A stretch of 64,000 nucleotides of DNA from an uncultured Gammaproteobacteria bacterium. Lineage in GTDB: Bacteria > Patescibacteriota > Patescibacteriia > 2-12-FULL-60-25. The stretch spans positions 66,749-130,748 of the forward strand of contig CAYQAL010000001.1 of NCBI GenBank assembly GCA_964415465.1, written 5' to 3'. The position numbers and the translations under genes are program-made. Shown here piece by piece: positions 1 to 8,580 of the stretch. The notes beneath the pieces were generated by a model. It made no database searches. It had not been told where the DNA came from and saw only the letters and a list, made by a program, of their open reading frames with translations. Position 1 is the stretch's first letter, and each line of letters begins with the position of its first letter.

Positions 1-423
1 GGCTTTGGAGGTGGAAGAATGAACGGTAGAAGCCATGTCGATTTCTTTTGTGTATGTGTCGAAATTGTCGTCGTAGGTTTTTTCGATCAACTGCTCCAAG
101 GCTTCTTGATTGGTGAGGACGAGTTGGTCGCCTAATTCACGTTCCGTGTCTTGGCGTGCGCGGTACCAGGCCCATTCGTCGGTATAGGCATACCAGCTGT
201 ACTCCCAGAGGCGATCTTCTTCTTCGTGAAATTGCGAATGGGCTTCTTCCTCGCCTAACTCAAGTAGACGCTCAAGATGTGCGAGGAGCGCAGGTGGTTC
301 CTTACTTTCTTCGCCACGTTCACGTCGAAAGGTCTCTTCGATGATGTAGTGCGAGAGAAGCGAGCGATGAACGAGTGTGAGTTGTTCGTGGGTAAGACCA
401 AGAGAGTAGAAGGCGTCTGTCAT
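1..423 (-). CDS. hypothetical protein (partial; C-terminus lies left of the window)
   Basis: Open frame from ATG at 423 to the window edge (MTDAFYSLGLTHEQL...). ATGA start/stop overlap with the upstream gene at 420-423. Absent from the ORF track because no stop falls in the window. Confidence 0.5.
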   Translation of the reverse strand, partial: MTDAFYSLGLTHEQLTLVHRSLLSHYIIEETFRRERGEESKEPPALLAHLERLLELGEEEAHSQFHEEEDRLWEYSWYAYTDEWAWYRARQDTERELGDQLVLTNQEALEQLIEKTYDDNFDTYTKEIDMASTVHSSTSKA

Positions 424-908
424 AGAGGCTTGGGAGAAGCGCTACTAGGTTGCGGTACGATTGGGTCAGGGGTTCGTACTCGTAGCTCAAAGCACTTCTC
501 ACCGATGGGATGGGCCCAGTTGATCAGGTCGCCATACGGTCGAGGAGTGTTTTGCGAGCGGTCGGTTTCTGTTTCAAATGTGGCGCACAGTTCGTAGGTT
601 GGATCGGTCGCTGAGCGAACCCGATACGTGTAGGACGCGCCGGTCTTTGGATCAGTGACCTGAGTGGCAAGGTGTGGCTGATTCCTGACGAGCGTAGCGA
701 GATCGGGCGGGAGGGTCTTTTGGGCGGTCTGGTAGTAAGCATCCACGGCGTAGCTGATTGATTGTAGGCTCGTGATGCGCTGTTCGTCGAGCGCTTCTCG
801 ACGTCGTTCTGCGGGAGAGCCAGCGACAAACAGTCCACCAAAAATCGCTGCGACTACCGTGATGCAGAAGCTCCAGCGCAGAATGCGAATAGCAAGAGGC
901 GTGCGCAT
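420..908 (-). CDS. hypothetical membrane-anchored protein
   Basis: ORF track 420..962 trimmed to ATG 908 (MRTPLAIRILRWSFCITVVAAIFGG..., one N-terminal TM helix), 2 nt after the stop of the upstream gene. No family recognised. Confidence 0.5.
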   Translation of the reverse strand: MRTPLAIRILRWSFCITVVAAIFGGLFVAGSPAERRREALDEQRITSLQSISYAVDAYYQTAQKTLPPDLATLVRNQPHLATQVTDPKTGASYTYRVRSATDPTYELCATFETETDRSQNTPRPYGDLINWAHPIGEKCFELRVRTPDPIVPQPSSASPKPL

Positions 909-909
909 A

Positions 910-1563
910 TTAGGCTTTGTGATCTTCTTCATCGCGGCGCAGATCCCAGAGGTAATAGCCAAAGGCAGTACCGGCGATGATGAGAACGATCAGGACTTTT
1001 AAGAGGAAACGTGCGCCGAGTTCGCCTCCCAACAGGGAAGAGACGAGTGTGATCAGGTCGATGATAATCGTGACGGCAGCGACGAATAGTGTGAGGTACG
1101 TCAGCCATTTGCGCACTTTGGATTTTCGTTTTTGTGGGTCACGTGTGAGTGCTCGTTCAAGGACATGATTCAAGACCAAGAAAATGGGGAACGTGATAAG
1201 AAGCGACGCAGTTGAGGTGCGAATGGTTGAAAGGACGTTCGTGTATTGATAGGGGTTATTCAGCATGTCTGGGAGTGCTCGGTTGACGAGGGAAAAGAGC
1301 AGGCTGCCAAACGACACCGCGGTAATGTAGAGCGTTAAAAACAAGACGAGATATAAGAAGGCTTCACGAGCCGGGAGATAGGGTTCGCGACGGGGAACAG
1401 GGAGCGAAAATCCATCGATTTCAACAAATTTGTCGAGCGCAGCGTTGATTTCTTCTTCTGGCCAGCCGGCTTGCGTGAGGGCGGCGGCAATCTTGTGTTT
1501 GGACTCGCCTTGTTCGAGTGCGCGTCGAAGAAACGGCTGTAAATCGTAGGCCATATACAACAA
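910..1563 (-). CDS. multi-pass membrane protein with a small N-terminal soluble domain (DUF5671-like, from memory only)
   Basis: 217-aa ORF with about 4 hydrophobic helices after an N-terminal hydrophilic domain. First gene of a three-gene minus-strand cluster. Confidence 0.5.
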   Translation of the reverse strand: MLYMAYDLQPFLRRALEQGESKHKIAAALTQAGWPEEEINAALDKFVEIDGFSLPVPRREPYLPAREAFLYLVLFLTLYITAVSFGSLLFSLVNRALPDMLNNPYQYTNVLSTIRTSTASLLITFPIFLVLNHVLERALTRDPQKRKSKVRKWLTYLTLFVAAVTIIIDLITLVSSLLGGELGARFLLKVLIVLIIAGTAFGYYLWDLRRDEEDHKA

Positions 1564-1596
1564 GGCTACGTCGAAAGAGCGGGGCTGTCGAGTTGC

Positions 1597-2184
1597 TTAT
1601 TCAGCTCGCTTCGCGGCTTCCAGTTGCGTCTGGATGAGCCCAAGTAGTGCTTCTTTTCCGGTGCCGGTGCGGGCAGAGAAGAAGACGGCGGATGCGTTCA
1701 CGCCTTGGCGGATAAGAGCATGTTGAAGTTGGGCTTTTTCGGATTGCGAAAGTTTGTCTGATTTATTGACGACCAAGATCCACGGGAGCTTTTGTTCTTG
1801 TAAATAGAGGGCCATTTCTCCATCGAGAGGAGAGGAGAGTCCGACGGCGGCATCGATCACAAGGAGAATCAGCGTGGGTGGCATGAGCAGGGTGTCGTAG
1901 ATCATCTGCTCAAGTTCTTCACGTTCTTTTTTGGATTGCTTGGCGAAACCGTACCCTGGCAAGTCCAATAACGAAAACGACTTTCCAAAGGTGTAGCGGT
2001 TGATGAGGCGTGTGCGGCCTGGGGTGTTACTCGTGCGGGCGAGGTCTTTTTGACCACCCAAACGGTTCACGAGGCTGGATTTTCCCACGTTCGACCGGCC
2101 CACCAAGACGATGTGGGGGAGGGTGCTGGGCAGATCCTTAGGGCTTGGGTAGCTGCGTTCAAAGGCGGCCGGGGTGATAGACAT
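1597..2184 (-). CDS. engB: ribosome biogenesis GTP-binding protein YsxC/EngB
   Basis: G1 GRSNVGKSSLVN, G3 DLPGYG, G4 NKSDK; typical ~195-aa length. Confidence 0.9.
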   Translation of the reverse strand: MSITPAAFERSYPSPKDLPSTLPHIVLVGRSNVGKSSLVNRLGGQKDLARTSNTPGRTRLINRYTFGKSFSLLDLPGYGFAKQSKKEREELEQMIYDTLLMPPTLILLVIDAAVGLSSPLDGEMALYLQEQKLPWILVVNKSDKLSQSEKAQLQHALIRQGVNASAVFFSARTGTGKEALLGLIQTQLEAAKRAE

Positions 2185-2191
2185 GTCGGAG

Positions 2192-2197
2192 AGAGTA
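2192..2197 (-). promoter_or_regulatory. -10-like TACTCT 7 nt upstream of the engB ATG (leaderless-type arrangement)
   Basis: Minus-strand TACTCT followed by ctccgac then ATG; no SD. Confidence 0.3.
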
Positions 2198-2242
2198 GCA
2201 AACTTGGCAGAAATCCCCTAGAGAGGCATCCTACAAGGCACT

Positions 2243-3391
2243 ATGTCTACCTGGAATGAGATTCAACAAGCTTCGATTGACTTGCACCGAAAGAACAAAG
2301 GCGTGATTCAGATGCAGCCGAAGGTATCCGTGGAAAATCGTGCCGATTTGACCCTTGTTTATACGCCAGGGGTGGGAGCGGTTTCGAGTTTGATTGCTGA
2401 ACACCCAGAGCAGGCGGATGAATTGACCTGGCGTAAGAATACGGTGGCCGTCATCTCTGATGGATCGGCTGTCTTGGGGCTTGGAAACATTGGTCCAGCC
2501 GCCGCTCTTCCCGTTATGGAAGGGAAGTGCGCGATCTTTAAGCGTTTTGCAGGAATCGATGCCGTGCCATTGGTATTGAACACGCAGGACACCGAAGAGA
2601 TCATTAAGATCTGCACGGCTCTTGCGCCAAGTTTTGGAGCGCTCCAGTTTGAAGATATTTCTGCACCACGTTGTTTTGAGATTGAGCGTCGTGTGCAGGA
2701 GGCGTTAGACATCCCGGTTATGCACGACGACCAACATGGAACAGCGATTGTGTCGTTAGCGGCGCTCCTGAATGCCACGAAGGTGGTCGAAAAAAAGTTG
2801 AAAGACTGTCGTGTGATATTGAATGGAGCCGGTGCGGCTGGAACGGCGATCGCGAAGCTGCTCAACGTGTATGGCGTGAAGCAGTTGATTGCAGTAGATC
2901 GTACGGGGGCGATCTTTGCTGGTCGGGGTGATTTGAATCCAGAGAAACAAGCCTTGGCTGAGATTACGAATAAAGAGCGTCGAAATGGATCGTTGCTTGA
3001 TGTCGCAAAGGATGCCGATATTTTGATTGGCATTAGCGCGGCAGGTGCGTTCTCACCAGAGGTTGTGAAAGTCATGGCGAAAGATCCAATTGTGATTGCG
3101 CTCGCCAACCCGGTTCCAGAGATCTTGCCTGATGTTGCGAAAGAAGCGGGTGTAGCTGTGCTTGCAACGGGTCGGAGTGATTTCGCGAACCAGGTGAACA
3201 ATGCGTTGTGTTATCCAGGGTTGTTCCGTGGGATGTTGGACCATGATGTAAAGAAAGTGACGGATGAGATCAAGCTACGTGCTGCTCATGCAATTGCTTC
3301 GATGGTGCCAAATCCAACGGCGGACCGCATCATTCCAGCGATGTTTGATGAGGGATTGATGGAAACGGTTGCGAAGAGTGTTATCGGTTAA
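2243..3391 (+). CDS. NAD(P)-dependent malic enzyme (short form)
   Basis: YTPGV, SDGSAVLGLGNIG, FEDISAPRCFEIE, HDDQHGTAIV and NGAGAAG Rossmann motifs; 382 aa. Confidence 0.9.
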   Translation: MSTWNEIQQASIDLHRKNKGVIQMQPKVSVENRADLTLVYTPGVGAVSSLIAEHPEQADELTWRKNTVAVISDGSAVLGLGNIGPAAALPVMEGKCAIFKRFAGIDAVPLVLNTQDTEEIIKICTALAPSFGALQFEDISAPRCFEIERRVQEALDIPVMHDDQHGTAIVSLAALLNATKVVEKKLKDCRVILNGAGAAGTAIAKLLNVYGVKQLIAVDRTGAIFAGRGDLNPEKQALAEITNKERRNGSLLDVAKDADILIGISAAGAFSPEVVKVMAKDPIVIALANPVPEILPDVAKEAGVAVLATGRSDFANQVNNALCYPGLFRGMLDHDVKKVTDEIKLRAAHAIASMVPNPTADRIIPAMFDEGLMETVAKSVIG

Positions 3392-3439
3392 CAAGTGCAC
3401 AGATTGATCGTGGTATACTAAGACCGATACTCGGTCCTT

Positions 3440-4126
3440 ATGATCCTTTTGGAACACGTCTCCAAGGTTTATTCATCAGGTGACCCTGCCTTGCAGGATG
3501 TGTCATTGCATATCGAAGCAGGCGAATTTGTCTCGATTGTGGGGCAAAGTGGCGCTGGAAAGACCACGTTGGCAAAGTTATTGATTGCCGAAGAACGTCC
3601 ATCGAGTGGGCGAATTGTGATTGGCGGCTGGGACATTACGCGTATCAAACCGCGTGATATTCCGTATCTTCGGCGTCAGTTAGGGGTAGTCTTCCAAGAT
3701 TACAAGCTGCTTCGTCAAAAGACGGTGTACGAAAATGTGGCGTTTGCATTGGAGGTGGCTGGCGCTTCCGCAAAACGTATTCGTGAGGTTGTGCCACAAG
3801 TGTTGTCGATCGTTGGTCTCACTGACAAAGCCCATCGCTTTCCAACCCAGATTTCCGGAGGAGAGCAGCAACGCGTCGTAATCGCGCGTTCATTGGTCCA
3901 TCGTCCAAAGGTCTTGCTCGCTGACGAGCCGACCGGGAACCTCGACACGGTCAACACGCAAGAGATCATGAACCTGCTCATGAAGATCAATGCCTTTGGA
4001 ACAACGATCGTGCTGGTGACGCACAACCGTGAAATCGTGAACTCGATTCGCCGTCGGGTGATTACACTGAAAGATGGGCGCGTCGCGACGGACCAAGAGA
4101 AAGGAAAATATCATTTGCCTGTATGA
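3440..4126 (+). CDS. ftsE: cell division ATP-binding protein FtsE
   Basis: Walker A GQSGAGKTT, signature ISGGEQQRV, Walker B LLADEPTGNLD. Overlaps the downstream ftsX by 4 nt. Confidence 0.9.
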   Translation: MILLEHVSKVYSSGDPALQDVSLHIEAGEFVSIVGQSGAGKTTLAKLLIAEERPSSGRIVIGGWDITRIKPRDIPYLRRQLGVVFQDYKLLRQKTVYENVAFALEVAGASAKRIREVVPQVLSIVGLTDKAHRFPTQISGGEQQRVVIARSLVHRPKVLLADEPTGNLDTVNTQEIMNLLMKINAFGTTIVLVTHNREIVNSIRRRVITLKDGRVATDQEKGKYHLPV

Positions 4127-5034
4127 TCCGCACTGCGCTTCGTGTGTTGAAAGCTTCGGTTCGCAATATCTGGCGCAACGGCTGGATCAGTTTGGCGACG
4201 GTCTTTGTGTTTGCGCTCGCATTATTGTCGGTCAACGTTCTGTTGGGAGTACAGTCGATCGTTGATTCAGTGGCGCGCTCGTTAGAAGAGCGAGTTGATA
4301 TCACGGTAACCTTTAAACCAGATACACCAGCCGCCGTTGTCTCGCAGGCGCGATTCTTCGTTCGCTCGTTGTCACAAGTGAAAGACATTCAAGAGATTAC
4401 GCCCGAGCAAGCGCTGCAAGAATTCAAAGAGCTACACAAAAATGATCCAAACGTGTTGGAAGCGCTGAATGAAGTTGGGGGGAATCCGTTGGGAGCGAAG
4501 CTCGTAGTAAAGGCGCGACATCCGGATGAATACCCATTCCTCGTGCAGGCAATCCAAAATCCACAGTATCAACCATACATCGAGCGTCAGACCTACGACC
4601 GTCATGAAGGGGCGATTGCGCTGGTCGAAAAGGCGGGTCGCCAAGTACGTCTCTTTGCCTCGGCCTTAATCGCGTTGTTCGCCTGTTTTGGATTACTCAT
4701 GGCGTTTAACGCGATTCGTGTAGCGATTTATACGCAGCGCGATGAAATTGCGATTATGCGCTTGGTAGGTGCGTCAAATTCGTTTATTCGAGGCCCATTT
4801 ATCTTAGAAGGGTTGTGGTTGGCGCTGATTGCCTTTTCGCTGTCAGCGGTAGGGACCTATTTGTTGATTACCTGGACCGAGCCAATGTTCATTCGAGCCC
4901 TTGGTGTAGATGGGGGAATCCGGGCCTTTTTCGAAAGCCGTTTGGTGCAGATTGCGGGAATCGAAGCCGGCGTCTTGGTTCTTTTGGCGATGCTCTCTTC
5001 CGGAATTGCGGCGGGCAGGTATAGTAAGCGATAA
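4123..5034 (+). CDS. ftsX: cell division permease FtsX
   Basis: N-terminal TM helix, large extracytoplasmic domain, C-terminal 3-TM FtsX fold; translationally coupled to ftsE. Confidence 0.85.
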   Translation: MIRTALRVLKASVRNIWRNGWISLATVFVFALALLSVNVLLGVQSIVDSVARSLEERVDITVTFKPDTPAAVVSQARFFVRSLSQVKDIQEITPEQALQEFKELHKNDPNVLEALNEVGGNPLGAKLVVKARHPDEYPFLVQAIQNPQYQPYIERQTYDRHEGAIALVEKAGRQVRLFASALIALFACFGLLMAFNAIRVAIYTQRDEIAIMRLVGASNSFIRGPFILEGLWLALIAFSLSAVGTYLLITWTEPMFIRALGVDGGIRAFFESRLVQIAGIEAGVLVLLAMLSSGIAAGRYSKR

Positions 5035-5036
5035 CC

Positions 5037-6743
5037 GTGTCTATGAAGTTGTTCTCTCCTGAGGGGAAAAAATCTACAGAACCAGGTGAAGCGCCTAAAA
5101 ACGCTCCAAAGGCGCCTATCTTGGAAGTGTCAGCAGTACCTACGTCGGTGTCTGAAACTCAGGGATCGGATCAGTTCACAGAGGCGGAATTAGCGCGGCT
5201 GGGGCTCCGCTCAATGCGGCCCAACCGCCGCAAAACGGCGGCTTTTTCTGGTCTTCTGGGGGCGGTATTGGTGGCTGCTGCAAAATTAGGCGTGGGCCAT
5301 GCGGATACGCAGGAGGTTCATCCACGAGATCTGCAAGAGACGGTACGGCGGGCGTCTGATGTAACACCTGAAGAATCACGAACGGAGACTCAGACCGCTG
5401 TTCAGGAACAAGAAGGGCGGATTCGTGTTGAAGCGCACGGCATGTTGGAAGGAATAGGCATGACGGACCAAGAGTTCGCCACCCGAACGCGCCAGGTGTT
5501 TGCTCCTTTTTTGAGAGAAGGAACCTATCGTTTCACGTTCACCAATCAATCACATCATTACACGCCAGAGTACTTTGGAATTCATGGAGATCAGGGTCAC
5601 TCCGGTCGTGGGCATGGACGTGGTGTAACGCAAACTCGCCCGAATCATGAATCTGGAGGGTGGTATGAAATGGCGAGCCACCGCTTTGTTGGCGAACAAG
5701 GACATCATATTACGTTGCGCCGTGACGGCCTTGATCCGACGAGGGATTACATGGACATTCAAGGTTTCTGGAGTAACGCGCTCCATGAAGTGATTCATGG
5801 TCTAGGCCATGAGAACAAGGCGGCATTTGAAGCACGCGTTCGGTCACGTCATCGCATTCCTTATCCATACACGGAGCACTTTTTAGATGTTCCACATGGA
5901 CAAACGCCGGACTATGGGCACATGGCGGACGAGTATCGCTCGAAGACGTACGAGATGATTTTTCAGGTTCGAAACGTTCCTCCGGGGAGCACGATGGAGG
6001 CAGAGGCAATTCGGATTATCCGGGAACGCTTTCCAAGTGTGTCGACATCGGTGGTCCGGAGCGATGTGAGAGCGGCCCTATCTCTTTTACCTGACGCACG
6101 TTGGGTAGAAGTTATTCGTGAATATCACGCGTTGGTGAAGCGCTCAAGTGATCAATTCGAACGTCAGATGCTCCATCGCCGAATCATAAGTCAGGTGCCA
6201 GATGCGGAATTGGCAACTCAGCTGTCTCAGCTACTTGATCAGGGACAGCGGACACTCACTGCACGTATTCTCGATCATCGTGAAAACGTAAGTGAACCGA
6301 TTCTGGTGCGTGAGTTAGTTCGGGATGTACGTGAATACCACCAGGGACTCATTGATGGTCTAGAGACAGAGATGGCAAGACAGCATCCAGAGCTTGTGCC
6401 CATGCTGCAAGCGTGGAAAGACATGGCCCGTTTTACGGCAGAGCGTGGTCGATTTCATCGTGGTCAGCTCGAGGCGTCGGAGCGCGACGACGAATATGCG
6501 ACATCTGGTCGTGGGAGAGATGTTATTATCCGTCCGATGACGGATCAATATCGAATGTCCCAATTCCGCTTTGAACTTCAAGCCGTCTCGCCGACGAACT
6601 TTGTCCAAGCCTGGAATCGCTTGTCACCAGAGGTGCGTGCCCAGATTCGCCCAACGCTTGAACAGATGGCGCGACTGGTCTCGCATACTGAGCCATTACC
6701 GCCGTTCTTTGCGACACGTGCAGAACAGGCTCAAATTCAATAA
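5037..6743 (+). CDS. membrane-anchored HExxH (zincin-like) protein with a long helical C-terminal region
   Basis: Starts 2 nt after the ftsX stop (GTG 5037 or ATG 5043). Single TM helix AAFSGLLGAVLVAAAKLGVG, motif LHEVIHGLGHEN. No family recognised. Confidence 0.6.
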   Translation: MSMKLFSPEGKKSTEPGEAPKNAPKAPILEVSAVPTSVSETQGSDQFTEAELARLGLRSMRPNRRKTAAFSGLLGAVLVAAAKLGVGHADTQEVHPRDLQETVRRASDVTPEESRTETQTAVQEQEGRIRVEAHGMLEGIGMTDQEFATRTRQVFAPFLREGTYRFTFTNQSHHYTPEYFGIHGDQGHSGRGHGRGVTQTRPNHESGGWYEMASHRFVGEQGHHITLRRDGLDPTRDYMDIQGFWSNALHEVIHGLGHENKAAFEARVRSRHRIPYPYTEHFLDVPHGQTPDYGHMADEYRSKTYEMIFQVRNVPPGSTMEAEAIRIIRERFPSVSTSVVRSDVRAALSLLPDARWVEVIREYHALVKRSSDQFERQMLHRRIISQVPDAELATQLSQLLDQGQRTLTARILDHRENVSEPILVRELVRDVREYHQGLIDGLETEMARQHPELVPMLQAWKDMARFTAERGRFHRGQLEASERDDEYATSGRGRDVIIRPMTDQYRMSQFRFELQAVSPTNFVQAWNRLSPEVRAQIRPTLEQMARLVSHTEPLPPFFATRAEQAQIQ

Positions 6744-6752
6744 GCTTCCCTT

Positions 6753-7211
6753 ATGTTAGCCCTGCTTTTTTCTGCCAATTACGACCTTCTCGGCGAACTA
6801 ACCTTCGAAGAGGGGCGGAGTACGCGCATTTCTTTATCAACGCAAGGCGATGAGGTATTACAGGATACAATCAAGGGCTGGCAGACGCGTGGAATCCCAT
6901 TGCGCGAAACCTTTGAATATACCGAGCAGCAAGCTGGTGAAGAGGTGCGGACGGTTTCCACCGGCGAACGACTGGTGTTGCTCACATCCGCAGAAGCAGA
7001 GTGGGCGTTCTTCTGTTGGGCTTCAGATGCGGGCTACATCGCCTTAAAAATGCCTGAGCGTTTGCTCGTTCAATGGCAAAAGCTGTCTCACATTCCACTC
7101 GATCCAGAAGAGCGCTTCGCAAGTCTTCAGGCCTTGTTGACGGCCCCGCACGCCTTGCTTGAGGCGTGGGAGCAGGGGATGGATAGTGTCCTTCAGACAA
7201 CTCATGGTTGA
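6753..7211 (+). CDS. hypothetical cytoplasmic protein
   Basis: 152-aa ORF tightly packed between neighbouring genes; its stop overlaps the photolyase start. Confidence 0.5.
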   Translation: MLALLFSANYDLLGELTFEEGRSTRISLSTQGDEVLQDTIKGWQTRGIPLRETFEYTEQQAGEEVRTVSTGERLVLLTSAEAEWAFFCWASDAGYIALKMPERLLVQWQKLSHIPLDPEERFASLQALLTAPHALLEAWEQGMDSVLQTTHG

Positions 7212-8553
7212 TCCACGACGAACGAGAGCTTTGAACGACCGCCCTGAACAGAGCGGTCCAGTTCTGTATTGGATGGATCGTGAGCGCCGTGCGGCTGATA
7301 ATTGGGCGCTGTTGTATGCGGAAGAGCGCGCCCGAGCGAACGGAGTGCCACTGGTTGTGGTGTATGCATTGCCGAAGACATTTCTGGATGCAACCTGGCG
7401 TTCGTATGCCGTCTTGATAAAGGGGCTGCAAGAAACAGCGCGTGAGCTAAAAGAAAGGGGAATTTCGTTTGTATTCAGGATTGGTGAGCCTGATGAGGTG
7501 GTGACTGAGCTTGTGAAAGAGGTGGGAGTTGGATTGCTCATAACGGATTTCTCGCCGCTCCGTGTTCCTCGCGCCTGGCGTACAAAACTCGCTCGAACGC
7601 TCACGTGTGCCTTTGTAGAAGTAGACGCACGAAATGTCGTTCCGTGCTGGATTGCGTCGCCAAAGCTCGAATTTGCGGCACGTACCATTCGGCCGAAGAT
7701 TCATGCCTTGCTTCCAACGTTTTTAACGCCGTTTCCACTCCGGTCTTCGGAATCGTTGCCTCGATTGAAGACCGTTCCGCAGTCTGACACGTGGGAAGCG
7801 GTTGAAGCACGGGTCGAGGTTGATCGCACTGTTCAACCGGTCGAGTGGTTTGAGCCGGGTGAAGCGGCTGCGGAAAAGGCATTGCATGCGTTTATAAAAA
7901 GTAGGTTAGTTGGTTACGACAAGGGTCGCAATGATCCAAACCAAGATGCACAATCCGGATTATCGCCCTACTTACATTATGGGCACCTGTCGGCACAGCG
8001 CGTGGCACTCGAAGTGCAAAAAGCCATTGTGCCAAGCCATGATAAAGACGCGTTTCTCGAAGAGCTGATTGTTCGTCGCGAGTTGTCTGATAACTTCTGC
8101 TTGTATCAGCCGCACTACGATTCGACAGAAGGCTTTCCCGACTGGGCGAAAAAAACACTCGATGCCCATCGAAAGGACGCGCGTGAATACATCTATTCCT
8201 ATCACGCGTTTGAACAAGCCAAGACGCATGACTCACTTTGGAACGCTGCCCAGCAAGAAATGCTTCAAACCGGAAAAATGCATGGGTATCTTCGGATGTA
8301 CTGGGCGAAGAAAATCCTTGAATGGACCAAGACGCCAGAAGACGCGATGAAGATTGCGATTAAGCTGAATGATCGGTACGAACTCGATGGACGTGATTCA
8401 AACGGTTACACGGGAATCGCCTGGTCGATTGGAGGCGTGCATGATCGTCCCTGGTTTAATCGAGCGATCTTCGGGGCGATTCGGTTCATGAGCGCCAATG
8501 GAGCAAAAGGCAAATTCGCTGTTGAGGCCTATGTAAAACGCTGGACTCCTTAG
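7204..8553 (+). CDS. phr: deoxyribodipyrimidine photolyase, class II
   Basis: VLYWMDRERRAADNWALLYA, SGLSPYLHYGHLSAQRV, GKMHGYLRMYWAKKILEW, NGYTGIAWSIGGVHDRPW. Start trimmed to ATG 7204, an 8-nt overlap with the upstream gene. Confidence 0.85.
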   Translation: MVDPRRTRALNDRPEQSGPVLYWMDRERRAADNWALLYAEERARANGVPLVVVYALPKTFLDATWRSYAVLIKGLQETARELKERGISFVFRIGEPDEVVTELVKEVGVGLLITDFSPLRVPRAWRTKLARTLTCAFVEVDARNVVPCWIASPKLEFAARTIRPKIHALLPTFLTPFPLRSSESLPRLKTVPQSDTWEAVEARVEVDRTVQPVEWFEPGEAAAEKALHAFIKSRLVGYDKGRNDPNQDAQSGLSPYLHYGHLSAQRVALEVQKAIVPSHDKDAFLEELIVRRELSDNFCLYQPHYDSTEGFPDWAKKTLDAHRKDAREYIYSYHAFEQAKTHDSLWNAAQQEMLQTGKMHGYLRMYWAKKILEWTKTPEDAMKIAIKLNDRYELDGRDSNGYTGIAWSIGGVHDRPWFNRAIFGAIRFMSANGAKGKFAVEAYVKRWTP

Positions 8554-8580
8554 AAAGTCCAGCGTTTTCTGATTTCTGCT

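Noticed and set aside
2359-3201. 280-aa antisense ORF inside the malic enzyme gene, and similar antisense ORFs in ftsE, murA, valS and others.
   Set aside because: They lie opposite genes with unambiguous conserved motifs. Their composition is low-complexity and they have no start context.
7159-7203. Upstream start (7159) for the photolyase from the ORF track.
   Set aside because: It would overlap the preceding gene by 53 nt. ATG 7204 gives the conserved N-terminus with only an 8-nt overlap.
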